Shown here in pieces: positions 51,600 to 64,000 of a stretch of 64,000 bases of DNA (position 1 is the first letter of the stretch; each line of letters opens with the position of its first letter). The notes beneath the pieces were generated by a model, which searched no databases, was not told where the DNA came from, and saw nothing but the letters and a program-made list of their open reading frames with translations. The DNA is from the human T2T-CHM13v2.0 reference genome, Homo sapiens. Location: assembly GCF_009914755.1 (NCBI RefSeq), contig NC_060932.1; one strand, given 5' to 3'. The position numbers and the translations under genes are program-made.

Positions 51600-51860
51600 T
51601 TTTCCCCTGAGCCACACATGGCTTAATTGCTAGGCAATGCAGCTGATAGGATCTGTAATCAAAGCTGGGCAGGGAGGGGGTGGGGGCGGCGGGGAGAAGT
51701 GAAGTCATCAGTAAGCGGACACTTTGATGAGTACTTACAGTCATCATTTGGCATCTGAAAGCATCCTTTTCAATTATCTGAAAGATAATCCGCAAACTAA
51801 CCTGAAACCCAGAGTACGCAATTAAAGTGTTGGGAAACAATCTGATGTCATGATGCTCTC
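51600..51860. promoter_or_regulatory. Candidate developmental enhancer (TCF/LEF x2, inverted GATA pair, TAATCC, TAATT sites, E-box, G4 motif)
   Basis: ATCAAAG at 51658, CTTTGAT at 51722, TTATCTgaaAGATAA at 51774-51788, TAATCC at 51786, TTAATTG at 51623, CAGCTG at 51640. No repeat similarity seen. Confidence 0.45.
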
Positions 51861-52115
51861 CTGGGCCAGTGAGCGTGAGGGGTGGGAGGTGGACCTCTGG
51901 GACAGAAAATCAGCTGCGCACAAGCCAATTACCACCTGGAGATGGATCCTCAAAATGGCACACGGAGGGAACTGGATCCCAGTGCGTGAATGCACAGGGT
52001 CATTAGCCCACGGTGAACGTTCACTGAACAAACACAACACAGGAGAAGGCGGCCAAACTCAAATTGCTGTCTTTAAGAATCTCGCACCCTTGGTAAGAGC
52101 ATGAAATGGGTTTGG

Positions 52116-52256
52116 TGGAGGAAGAGGAGGATGAGGAGGAGGAAGAGGAGGAGGAAGAGGAGAAGGAGGAGGAAGAGGAAGAAGAGGAGGAGGAAGAGGA
52201 GAAGGAGGAGGAAGAGGAGGAGGAAGAGGAGGAGGGAGGAGGAAGAGGAGAAGGAG

Positions 52257-52288
<32 letters not shown>

Positions 52289-52312
52289 GGAGAAGGATGA
52301 GGAGGAGGAGGT
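52116..52312. repeat. (GAG/GAA)n polypurine tract
   Basis: ~195 bp of almost pure purine in triplet phase. Confidence 0.97.
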
Positions 52313-52529
52313 GATTTTGCTTAAGAGGCTTCCCTTCGGCGCTGTTCACAAACATATTCATATAACTCAGTCCATTTAAGCAGAGCCCTGCTCTGCCCTA
52401 TCTGAGGGCCTAGGCAGGTCACTCAGTGATACTGGGCTCACCAGCAAAGGGGGAGGAGCTGACCTCACTTTACCTGGTAGGTAGTTGGTTCCCGCCCAGA
52501 GACCCTGATCCAATGATGCATCAGACGCC

Positions 52530-54472
<1,943 letters not shown>

Positions 54473-54879
54473 CACGGCAATAGAGACTTTTAAACAGAGC
54501 TGTGATTTAGAAATACTACTTTAGCACCCTAAAGAGAAGATTCTGGAGATACTGGGGACATTGAAATCAGAAGGGGGTTGATGTGTAACCCAGGATGAGA
54601 AGACGGGGACCTGAGCAATGGCTGTGACTGCTCCAGAGACTGCTTGCTTGTTTGGTTTTTTCAAAGACAGGGGCACTGGGGAGGTCTGGACAGGGTGTGG
54701 CCCAAGGTGTGGCTTTCTCAGGATCTGTGCTTTGAAAGAGGTCAGCTCTGTCAAGAGCGTAAATACGGTCCCCTGGGGAAGAGCTGGTATGCCAGTGGTT
54801 CTCTTCTGAAGCTCAGGGTCCTAGCCAACACTTCCCTGAGTTTATCTGGGAACACATAACCAGATCTGAGAAATACTCT

Positions 54880-55531
54880 TGCATCAGTTCCTGCTATAAC
54901 AAATTACCACAAACTTGGGGGCTTAAAACAACAGAAATGTATTCTCTTACAGTTCTGGAGGCCAGAAGTCTGAAATCAGAACCACCGGGCCGAGTCAAGG
55001 TGTCGGCGGGGCTGTACTTTTTCTGGCGGAGATTCTGTTCCCTGTTTTCTCAAGCTTTTCGGGGCCACTGGAATTCCTTGGTTTGTAACCACATCACTCC
55101 AATCGTGGCCTCCTACTCTTCCATGGGTAAAATCCCCCATCTCCCTCTTAGAAAAATGCATGTGATGATGGTGTTTAGAGCCTGGGATGGTTTGGATCTG
55201 TGTCCCCGCTCAAATCTCATGTTGAGTTTGTAATCCCTAATGCTGGAGGTGGGGCCTGGTGGGAGGTAATAGGATCCTGCGGGTAGATCTTCCCTTTTGG
55301 TACTGTTCTCATGATAGCAAGAAAACCTATCATTTTTTTTTTCTAATAGCAGTGAGAGAATGGACTAATACATAGCCCACCCATGTAATCCGGGATAATC
55401 CACCCATCCTGAATTCCTTGATCACATCTGCAAAGATCCACCCCAACCTTTTTTGCACTATCAGGTAACATGCACACGATCCAGAGATGAGGACATGCCT
55501 ATCTTTTGGAGGCCATTTTTCCACTGACCAC
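54880..55531 (-). mobile_element. MLT1 (B/C/D-like) MaLR LTR, interrupted by an MST insertion
   Basis: ctataacaaattaccacaaactt..ggcttaaaacaacagaaatgtattctcttacagttctggaggccagaagtc; ...atcacatctgcaaaga... Confidence 0.85.
55183..55371 (+). mobile_element. MST LTR with a large internal deletion; 5-bp TSD gagcc/tagcc
   Basis: Starts tgggatggtttggatctgtgtcccc and ends gaatggactaataca, with the middle missing. Confidence 0.85.
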
Positions 55532-56845
55532 ACTGCTTCTTGTGCAGATGAGGATAACCCTGTAGACACATGGCATCCCCAAAACCACATCCATGGAGGG
55601 GCCAGCCCTTACCCTCTCTGAATCACCCACTGAAGCCATCAGTCCACTGCTGGCTCCCACGAGGGTCTGGCTTCCTCAGACTGCATTTGCTATCCAGTCT
55701 CACAGGGTTCCATCAGACCCTGTATCCCCAATTCCACATCACCCCCCATGAAAATTCCGTGCCCTGTCTCCAACTGTCCACACTCAGTCCGTGGGCAAGG
55801 AGCACGGAAGAGCTCCCATGAGCTCTTAGAGCAGTAACAGGAAGAATGTCCTACCCCGGCCTGGCAGGGGAAGGAGCGGGGCTGGGCAGCCTTGGGAAAG
55901 GCCCTGCAGTCCCACGGGCTGGGGCTCGTCCCCCTTTTCAGAGCCCCACACTGTGCCGAGCATGGGGCCACTGAGGCAAATACAACAGAACTGCTGTCCT
56001 CAAGGGCTTCTCAGGCCGATGGGGAAAGACAGGCAAGGAAACTAATCACGAGAGGGAAGTGATGCGGGGCCCAGAGGGCAGCAGCTGAGACAGACACGGA
56101 GATGGACAAAGGGCAGGACTAGCTCCAGAGGCAGTCAGATTCCACAGACGCATGGAAGGCACAGCAAACAGATGCCACAAAACACCTACGCTTGCTAGCA
56201 GCTGGCCAGGTGCCAAAAGACGGAGAGGGCATTGTACTGGACGGGCCAGACTGCGCTCCTGCCGCTGGGGCGCCTTTGGCTGAGGTCCCCAGCCCGCTGT
56301 GCTGTGTGGTGCTGTGAGACCTGTCACCTGTGCCATGCTGACTACACATGTGGTAGCCACCTATGCCAGGACAGCATTCTGTGGCTGGCCAAGGCCTGAG
56401 AAGCAGTCAGGCCCAAGAACTCAGCCAACAGGGCCAGGGAAGTGGGTGACCAGAGCTGCCATCCTGGGAGCATGTGCCCCAGAGACCCAGTGAGACTGAG
56501 CTGTTGGAAGAGGACACACGTGTCCACACTGAGGGGCCAAGAGCAGGGTTTCTGGTGGGTCCGTGCAGAGGCAGGAAGACAATTCGGAAAGACCAGCTGC
56601 TTTCTGGGTCGCCTGTCCCAAAGCTGAGGGGCAGTGAGATGTGCAGCTCCCAGAAAGAGCAAGTGCCCCTCCCGGGAAGGAACTGACAGCTGTTCCCGAG
56701 GCGGCCACTACCACTGCCCCAGAAGGCAGGTTTTTCATCTGTATGGAGACGGGACTCCAAGACATTCAGTCGCTGGCTTGAGGTCCCAGAGCTGGTCCAT
56801 GGCAGGGCAGGGACTGGAGCCCAGGAGAGCTGTCTGAAACCACAC

Positions 56846-57253
56846 TCTTCCCTCCCTCCAGTATCTTCCCTCTCTCTGGTATCTTCCCTCCCTCCGGCAC
56901 CTTCCCTCCGTCCGGTATCTTTACCTTCCCTCCCTCCAGCACCTTCCCTCCGTCCGGTACCTGTACCTTCCCTCCCTCCGGTATCTCCCTCCCTCTGGTA
57001 TCTTCCCGCCCTCCGGTACCTTCCCTCCCTCCGGTACCTTCCCTCCCTCCGGCACCTTCCCTCCATCCGGTACCTGTACCTTCCCTCCCTCCGGCATCTT
57101 CCCCCGCTCTGGCACCTTCCCTCCCTCCGGCATCTTCCCTCCCTCCGGTACCTTCCCTCCCTCCGGCACCTTCCCTCCCTCCAGTATCTTCCCTCCCTCC
57201 AGTATCTTCCCTCCCTCTGGTATCTTCCCTCCCTCCTGTATCTTCCCTCCCAC
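56846..57253. repeat. 18-bp pyrimidine-rich minisatellite (yCTTCCCTCCCTCCrGyA), ~22 copies
   Basis: Visible array, with a 6-aa periodic ORF (EGGKIP)n on the - strand. Confidence 0.95.
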
Positions 57254-58589
57254 CAGCAGCTGTCCGTTGATAGGATGGGTATCTCCACAGGGACAAGTGT
57301 GAGGTGCCAGAGGAATGAGGGTGGGGACAGACCACACAATGCCTTCCTCTTCCTGGGGAGACTTGGCTGGTGGCCTCCCTGCTTAGATGCATCCTCCTGA
57401 AAGTGACATAGTTCATGCCTCCTGCTCACATTGGGCCACACACCCCAGCATCCCAGCCCGGACACCTCCTGAGCCAGGGTGCTCACCAGGAGCAAAGCCG
57501 CAGGCATCAGGGCTTACCAGTGAGTGGTGCGTGGGTGTGGCAGGAATCTGGGGCCCAGGGAGCCCATGCCTATGGAGAGGGACACCTGGCCCCCAAGGAG
57601 GCATGGTGGCTGGAGCTCCTGCCCCGCCCCCCTTCCCTTGGCTGTGTCCACTGTTATGTGAGTGAAGCAGAGGCAGTGAAAATGCCAGGAGCTGTAACCT
57701 ATAATGGGGTGCTGGGATGCGAAAGTGGGGGGTGGGGTACGGTTATCAACCGGGATTCCTGTTCCAGCCAGGAGGCACTGTGGCTTTTACAGTTCTGGGT
57801 TTCAACTGCACAGTCGCAGACGGGACCTGCCAGGAATCCGCACGAACTCCTCTGCGTCAGTTATGCTGTGTTACCTCCTTTCTTCCAATCTGTTCTTTAT
57901 CCTGAAACCTCTCAAGCGCCAATTAGCTAATAAATGGGATTTGCGGAGCATGCAAACCCTGAAGCAGTGGTCTGCCTGTCAACAATCTGCGCCTCTCGGT
58001 AACCTCCTAATCCAGGACTGGGCCTGCAGAATCCGCCAGGGAGTCTCTGAGGCCTGTGGACATGGTTCCTGGACCTCTCCTGGGGCTCCAGAAAATCTTC
58101 CCCACCCAGGTGCTCTTAGCAGAGCTCACTCAAGGTGCTGTGTCTCCCAGGAATTGGCTGGAGCTTGATTTTCTAGCTCTGGGCTTCTTCCTCTAGCCCA
58201 TTCCTCTTCCCTCCTCTCCACTCCCTGTTGTCCCACGCAACCCAGTACAGAACGGCATGGGTCACCTGAGCACACCCTCTGTGCCAGGCGGGGAGCAAGC
58301 AGGGTGGAGAATCTGGCCCTGCACAAATGTACTTGGAGTGAAGACTGCCCACCTGATCATGGCGCAGGAGAGACCAGCAAGAAAATGAGGCCATGGGTTC
58401 CTGCTCTCACACCTCCGCTTTGCTGGCCCCACGGGGACTGGCTTTTCACTAGGGGTGGAGGGGAGACAAGGAGAGGAGCTGTGTTTGGGAGAAAAGGGTC
58501 CCTCAATGATCTGAGATCCTGGCTATGGGAGGGGTCCCTGGGGCAGTGGAGGAGAAGTGCAGTCAGAGGAGTGGGCTTCCCACCCTGGC

Positions 58590-58750
58590 TCCCAGCACCA
58601 CCCAGTGAGGACTCAGGCATCCCTTGGCCCTCTGACTCAGTTCCTTCAACTTTGAAATGAGGTTGCTACTAAACCGTTCACAGGATCGCTGTGAGGATGA
58701 AATATCATAGTGATCGCAAGCTTTCAAATCCTGTAAGGTGCTTATGTTAG
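58590..58750 (+). mobile_element. MIR fragment
   Basis: ccctctgactcagttccttcaactttgaaatgagg...tcacaggatcgctgtgaggatgaaat. Confidence 0.65.
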
Positions 58751-58929
58751 TCCAGTAGTGCAAAGTTGAGTAATACTCTCTTTTACGGGCAAGAGATCAA
58801 CTAGTATTCATTGCTGACGATGATGGGAATGCTTTCTATGTGGAACATTCTGTTTGGAAAAAGTGACTGTCAGTGCCTCTAGGCTCTGATTTGAGAATTG
58901 AAGCTTTGCAGTGTAGGCATTAGCGGGGT

Positions 58930-59370
58930 GTGGAATGTGAAGTGTATGTGTCACGTGTGCATCCGTATCTGAAGGTGCGTGTGTGTGTGCTGTTGTATGA
59001 GTGCTCTGTGTGCATGTTGTGTATGTCGGTGTGTGTTGTGTGCCTCCATGTGTGAATGTGTATGTGAAGATGTGTGCTGTTGTGTGAGTGCATTGTGTGC
59101 GTGTTATGTATGTCAGTGTATGTTGTGTGTGCATCCGTAGATGAACGTGTGTGTATGTGAAGGTGTCTGTGTGCCGTCGTGTGACTGTGCTGCGTGCTTG
59201 TTGTGTATGTCATTGTGTGTGCATCCATGCGTGAATGTGTATGTGAAGGTGTGTCTGTGTGCCGTCGTGTGAGTGTGCTGTGTGCGCGTTGTGTATGTCA
59301 TTGTGTGTGCATCCATGTGTGAATGTGTATGTGAAGGTGTATGTCTGTGTGCTGTTGAGTGTGTGTGTGT
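58930..59370. repeat. TG-rich degenerate tandem repeat, ~86-93-bp period, 4-5 copies
   Basis: gtgtatgtgaag occurs at 59058, 59151, 59237 and 59325. Confidence 0.85.
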
Positions 59371-60104
59371 CACAGGCTCTCATCAGGCTCACAGCCTCTC
59401 AGGAAGGCAACGTCCGTTGGAAACTCTAGAGCGGCGAGTCCTGCAGCCTGCCCTGCCCTCCAGCCCCGTGGGCAGAAATTTGACTCTGCCACTGCCTAGG
59501 AGAAGGGATACAGGTGCTCCTGCCTCTGATGAACCACACACAGTGCCAGGGGACACAGCCACCTCATGCGGGAGCCCACCCTCCAGACAGTGCAACTGCA
59601 GGGAAGCCTCAGGCCCAGCACCGCTCTCTGTGCAGGCAGTCAGACCATAAGCCCACAGTTGGAGGGTGTGCACACACAGACCCCAAACACAGCTGGATAC
59701 CAACACCTCATGTCTCATGTTCTGCCTATCACTTGCACATATCAGCCCATCAACAAATGTTCACTTCCTTCCCAGTTTACTGGCAGAAGGTTTTCCAGAG
59801 AACTTCAAACCCATTTTTCTCAAAGGCGATATGTGGCTGTTCCCCGGAGTCACTGGAAGGCAGGGCTATTTCTTGAGATAGATGCATCACGCTGTCTAGT
59901 TTCTTTTCTCAGAATCTGCTGCTCCACTTTACCACTTCCCCAAGAGGACCGGGCTGTGGCTGGGATTTTTATTTCAGTCACTTTGGCAGTAGTCTGAAAT
60001 AAATGACGTCTAAATGTGTCATTTGAACTTTCAACGGAGTTTACCACAGATGAAGAAAGATGGTCCCCAATCACCTTTCTCCAGTGAATCCCTCAAGTCT
60101 GCAA

Positions 60105-60928
60105 ACAACACAACAACCACTGCTCTCACAGCACCACCACCACTATCCATCGCCGCCACCACACGCCACCTCCATCAAGCACCGCCGCCACCACCACGAC
60201 GCACCACCACCACCACTCACCACCACCACCAAACACCACCACCACACACACACCCACCACCACCCACCACCACCACCAAGCACCACCACCACCACCCACC
60301 ACCGCCACCAAGCACCACCGCCACCACCCACCACCAAGCACCATCACCACCACCCACCACCACCACCAAACACCACCACCACACACACAACCACCACCAC
60401 CCACCACCGCCACCACACACAACCACCACCACCCACCACCGCCACCAAGCACCACCACCACCGCCACCAAGCACCACCACCACCACTCACCACCACCACC
60501 AAACACCACCACCACACACACAACCACCACCACCCACCACCGCCACCAAGCACCATCACCACCACTCACCACCACCACCACTCACCACCACCACCAAACA
60601 CCACCACCACACACACAACCACTACCACCCACCACCGCCACCACACACAACCACCACCACCCACCACCGCCACCAAGCACCACCGCCACCACCCACCACC
60701 GCCACCAAGCACCACCACCACACACAACCACCACCACCCACCACCGCCACCAAGCACCACCGCCACCACCCACCACCGCCACCAAGCACCACCACCACAC
60801 ACAACCACCACCACCCACCACCACCACCCACCACCGGCACCAAGCACCACCACCACCACCACCAAGCACCGCCACCACTACCCACCACCACCACCAAGCA
60901 CCACCGCCGCAGCCACCACCCACCACCA
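60105..60928. repeat. Interrupted (CCA)n/(TGG)n tract, ~0.8 kb, with higher-order blocks
   Basis: Runs of cca with recurring aagcacc, aaacacc and cacacacaacc interruptions. Confidence 0.97.
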
Positions 60929-62179
60929 AGGCAGCTCTCTCCCCACAGCCTCTTCCATGCAGTGCTTCAGACACATTACTGAATCCCATGAGGACCCCTG
61001 TATGGGAGGAGTATAAAATTCAACCAAGGAAAGCTCCCCACCAGCCACCATGGTTGGGAGCAGCAAGCTGGAGCTCAGGGCCAGGTCCTCAAGTGGCAAC
61101 ACTCACAGCATGTTTCATGCATGAACTCACTAAGCCCCCTCCCCTGGAGAGGGGTCCTCATGCTGGGGTCCAGGGGCATGATAGAATCCGAGGGAGGTGT
61201 CTCTTCATCATGCATCCCATTGGGGTTGCAGGTGAAGGTCAGACTATAGCTCTCTCCTGGCCTCCTTCCACTGTTGGATCCACACCAAACCCTGCGGAGA
61301 CCCCCTGGATGTGGAGTAGGCGTACCCCAGTGTGTCCTTTTGGTAGTTTCAGTGGCTTTGTGGAATCTAGCGTGGCGTGAGGTGTGCCTGGGCTGCCTCC
61401 TGCCTGGAAGTCTGAAAACTCCAGGCCATGCACAGGCATCCAGAGTCCACCCAATCCAACCTCCTCCCGGTGCAGGGCCCTCACCAGGGTCGGAAGTGGG
61501 AAGACCCCACACTCGGCAGGTGGGGACCTGCAGACCTGGCAGCCCTGCCATTTGTCAGCTGTGCACTCAGGCTAAGACATTGAACATCCTGGGGCCCCAG
61601 GTTCTTTGTTCTCTCATTTGCCAAGAAAATGTTTATTGAGTATCCAGTGTGGGCTTGGCACTGTGCTTGGTGCGTTCCTCTGGGAGTCGGGGCTGGCCAG
61701 GCTCCCCTACTGTCCAGGAGCAGTGAATTAATGATTTCTGAGTAGTATATATTTTGACATATAAAACCTTTCAAAATGCAGAGTCCACAAGAGGAGTTAT
61801 AAAAGGAGCCCGTAGCATGAGTGGGAGGGCTGGTAATTCCTGACATGTATTAAAAAGATCAACCACAGACCCAGAGAATGCGGCCTCAGAGAACAGCTAT
61901 TAAGTATAGACGAAAATACACAGAACGAAGAAGGAGGGCTCATGATACACTTTAAAGTACCAGAAAGCCCACTCCAGACTGAACTAAAATGCAAGCCTGT
62001 AAGTGTCTCAATGTATAAAAGCCTGGTTAAGGCTAACCTGTAATCACAATGTATCCATATAATCACATAATGATGCCTTCAGAGGCAGGGGTGTGCGCGG
62101 AGCACGCTGGAGAAGGAAGCCCCGAGCTCTCAGTGGAACAGTCAAGGGCTGCAAAGTGTAGCTCGAGAACGGGGCGTTA

Positions 62180-62325
62180 ATTGAGAGCTTCCTACCTGCC
62201 AAGTATCATGCCAGGCACTAAACATAAATTCCGAGGGCTTAACCCTTACCATCATCCCACGCGGCAGCTGTGGCTCCTGTTCCAAGCGAGGGAGCCAGGG
62301 CTCCCGGAGATCAAATGGTCACCTG
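62180..62325 (-). mobile_element. MIR fragment
   Basis: ttgagagcttcctacctgcca..tgccaggcactaaac...gggctcccggagatcaaatggtcacctgc. Confidence 0.45.
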
Positions 62326-64000
62326 CAATCAAAGGGAGCAGCAGATCTTTGCCAGTTTCTTTGTGTGGTCACACAGTCTCCGCCCCTTCCCATGGGTGGG
62401 GGCCCGGCGGGAGGGGTCGATTTCCCTCCTGTGCGCAGCAGTGGTGGTATGTGGGTCCCGGCTGGTTTACTGGCTGTGGGGAGAGCTTCCCTGTCCCCTC
62501 TGTCACTGTCCTTGGTGGACTAAAACGCAGGCACATGATCTTGGCCACCTGGATGTTTCCACTCGGGGCTCAGCGGCAGTGACACCAAGGACCCGTGAAA
62601 ACAATATGTAGCAGCAGCAACAGGATTAAGAGTGGAGCAGAAGTAGCCTCAGGTCCCAGAGCAGCTCCCCAAGGGTGTACCTGAACCGGGAGGCATCCAG
62701 GTGTGACCTCAGCTGGGTCCGGCAGTAGCCGAGCCTCCTGAACCCCCATCCTGACTCTGAGTGGCTCCTTGAACTGCCTGATAGCCTTCCCAGGCACCTG
62801 CTGTTCTGCTGAAGTTGACCAGAGTCCATTTCTGTTGCTGGCAGTTAAGAACCCTGATTCTCAAGCAGCAGCTGCAGGATTCACACCAGGCCCTTTGCAT
62901 CAAAGCTGCACCCTTTCCTTTAGGATCCTGCTTCTCATGATGGGGAGAGAGAGGCTTCCTCACTCCTCTGGTGTGCACACGCACGGGGGAGAAGCTTATA
63001 GAAGGGGCGGGGGTGTTAAGGAGAGTTGTCTTTCAGCTTGACTTTGGAAAAGAGCCAGTGCTTTGATCGGCCACAGGCCAGGAAGGCCCGAGCACTTAGC
63101 GGCCTCCGGAGAGCCACCTGCCGATGCCCTCGAGACACCTTCAGCCAACCAAGGGCCCTCAGAGGCAGGAGGAAGCCTGTCACCTAATAATGCCCTGCAC
63201 AGCCTCCACCCACTCAGAAGGACTGAGGCTTCCCAGGGAAGGGACAGAAAACTTGGGAAGCCAGGGATTTCCAGCGCAGAGAGCTGGGGCTGTCTGTGGG
63301 GTGAGTAGGGGCCAGAAAGCATAGCCAGCGGGACAGGAGTCCTTTGAAGAGACACCATTGTTGCCAAGGCCACAGCGGTGCAGGTCACACCAGCCAGTTA
63401 CAGGGATCAGAGACCCAACCCCAGAATCACATTCCTCATGACCCATGCGTTCAGAAGAGCCTCTGAACTCCAAGGGGCAAAGCGGACAGCTGGCAGCCCT
63501 TTCCCTGGCCAGCAGAGGTGGCAGTTCTGGTAAAACTAAGAGTGGGGAGGAACATGAACTTGCTTTACTGATTCCCTTCCATTAATAAAACAGAGGACCC
63601 TACACGGGGCGCTTCATAAATGTGCTCTTGCTTAATCACCAACAAAAATCTGCAAGGAAAACGCAATGAACAGCACAGGAGCCGACAGGAGACGTCCTCA
63701 ACACAACCACCGGCGGAGGCACTGCGGACGAAAGTGTGCGGAGATTGAAGCGGGTCCTCCACAAAAGGTGGGCGAACGGTACCAAGCAGGGGTTCTGTGT
63801 TACAGCTCCTCTCTGCTTAACACCCGAGAAATTCTTTCTTTGACTATGAGCACAGAGGTTGTTAATAGCCTTCAAGGAAAACCAGTGTAGAGCCCAGAGG
63901 AGGAGCTCAATATAAATCAGATAAATAAAAAAATATGAAAAATGAAGCTCTATTGAATGAACAAAGCACAGGCACCGGCTGGGTGGGTTCTGGAGGTAGG

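Noticed and set aside
52101-52379. Poly-Glu or poly-Arg ORF suggesting an acidic-protein exon or retrocopy
   Set aside because: Pure simple repeat with a phase slip and no flanking coding similarity, poly-A tail or TSD.
56407-57507. 366-aa ORF with REGRY repeats
   Set aside because: Product of the 18-bp minisatellite plus GC-rich flanks.
58930-59375. UG-rich tract ending in cacag as a TDP-43-regulated cryptic acceptor
   Set aside because: No pyrimidine tract, no clear downstream donor and no evidence of transcription.
60014-61016. Mucin- or extensin-like Pro/Thr/His-rich ORFs
   Set aside because: Translation of a (CCA)n tract with no frame preference, signal peptide or flanking exons.

Overview
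This is primate genomic DNA, most likely human or great ape, judged from its AluS, THE1, MST and MADE1 elements. It is GC-rich and apparently intergenic or deep intronic. I found no protein-coding exon, RNA gene or prokaryotic system, and I could not identify the locus. Every long ORF in the track comes from a tandem repeat or a decayed L1/Alu. The window contains (1) at least eight tandem-repeat arrays, including a ~59-copy 39-bp VNTR, a 118/119-bp higher-order VNTR, a 1.7-kb CCAT tract and a 0.8-kb CCA tract; (2) a near full-length ancient L1M at 33.8-43.2 kb with a second L1, a MADE1 and four Alus nested inside, plus many MIR, L2, MaLR and Tigger remnants; and (3) several non-repeat patches dense in transcription-factor motifs that look like enhancers, the best at 51.6-51.9 kb. 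The most unusual signal is three short unique segments (62, 233 and ~325 bp), each present again in direct orientation 1.3-4 kb away. Two have tandem micro-duplications at the junction, which suggests repeated local template switching or templated insertion. Repeat subfamily names come from remembered consensus sequences and need RepeatMasker confirmation. All functional claims are hypotheses.
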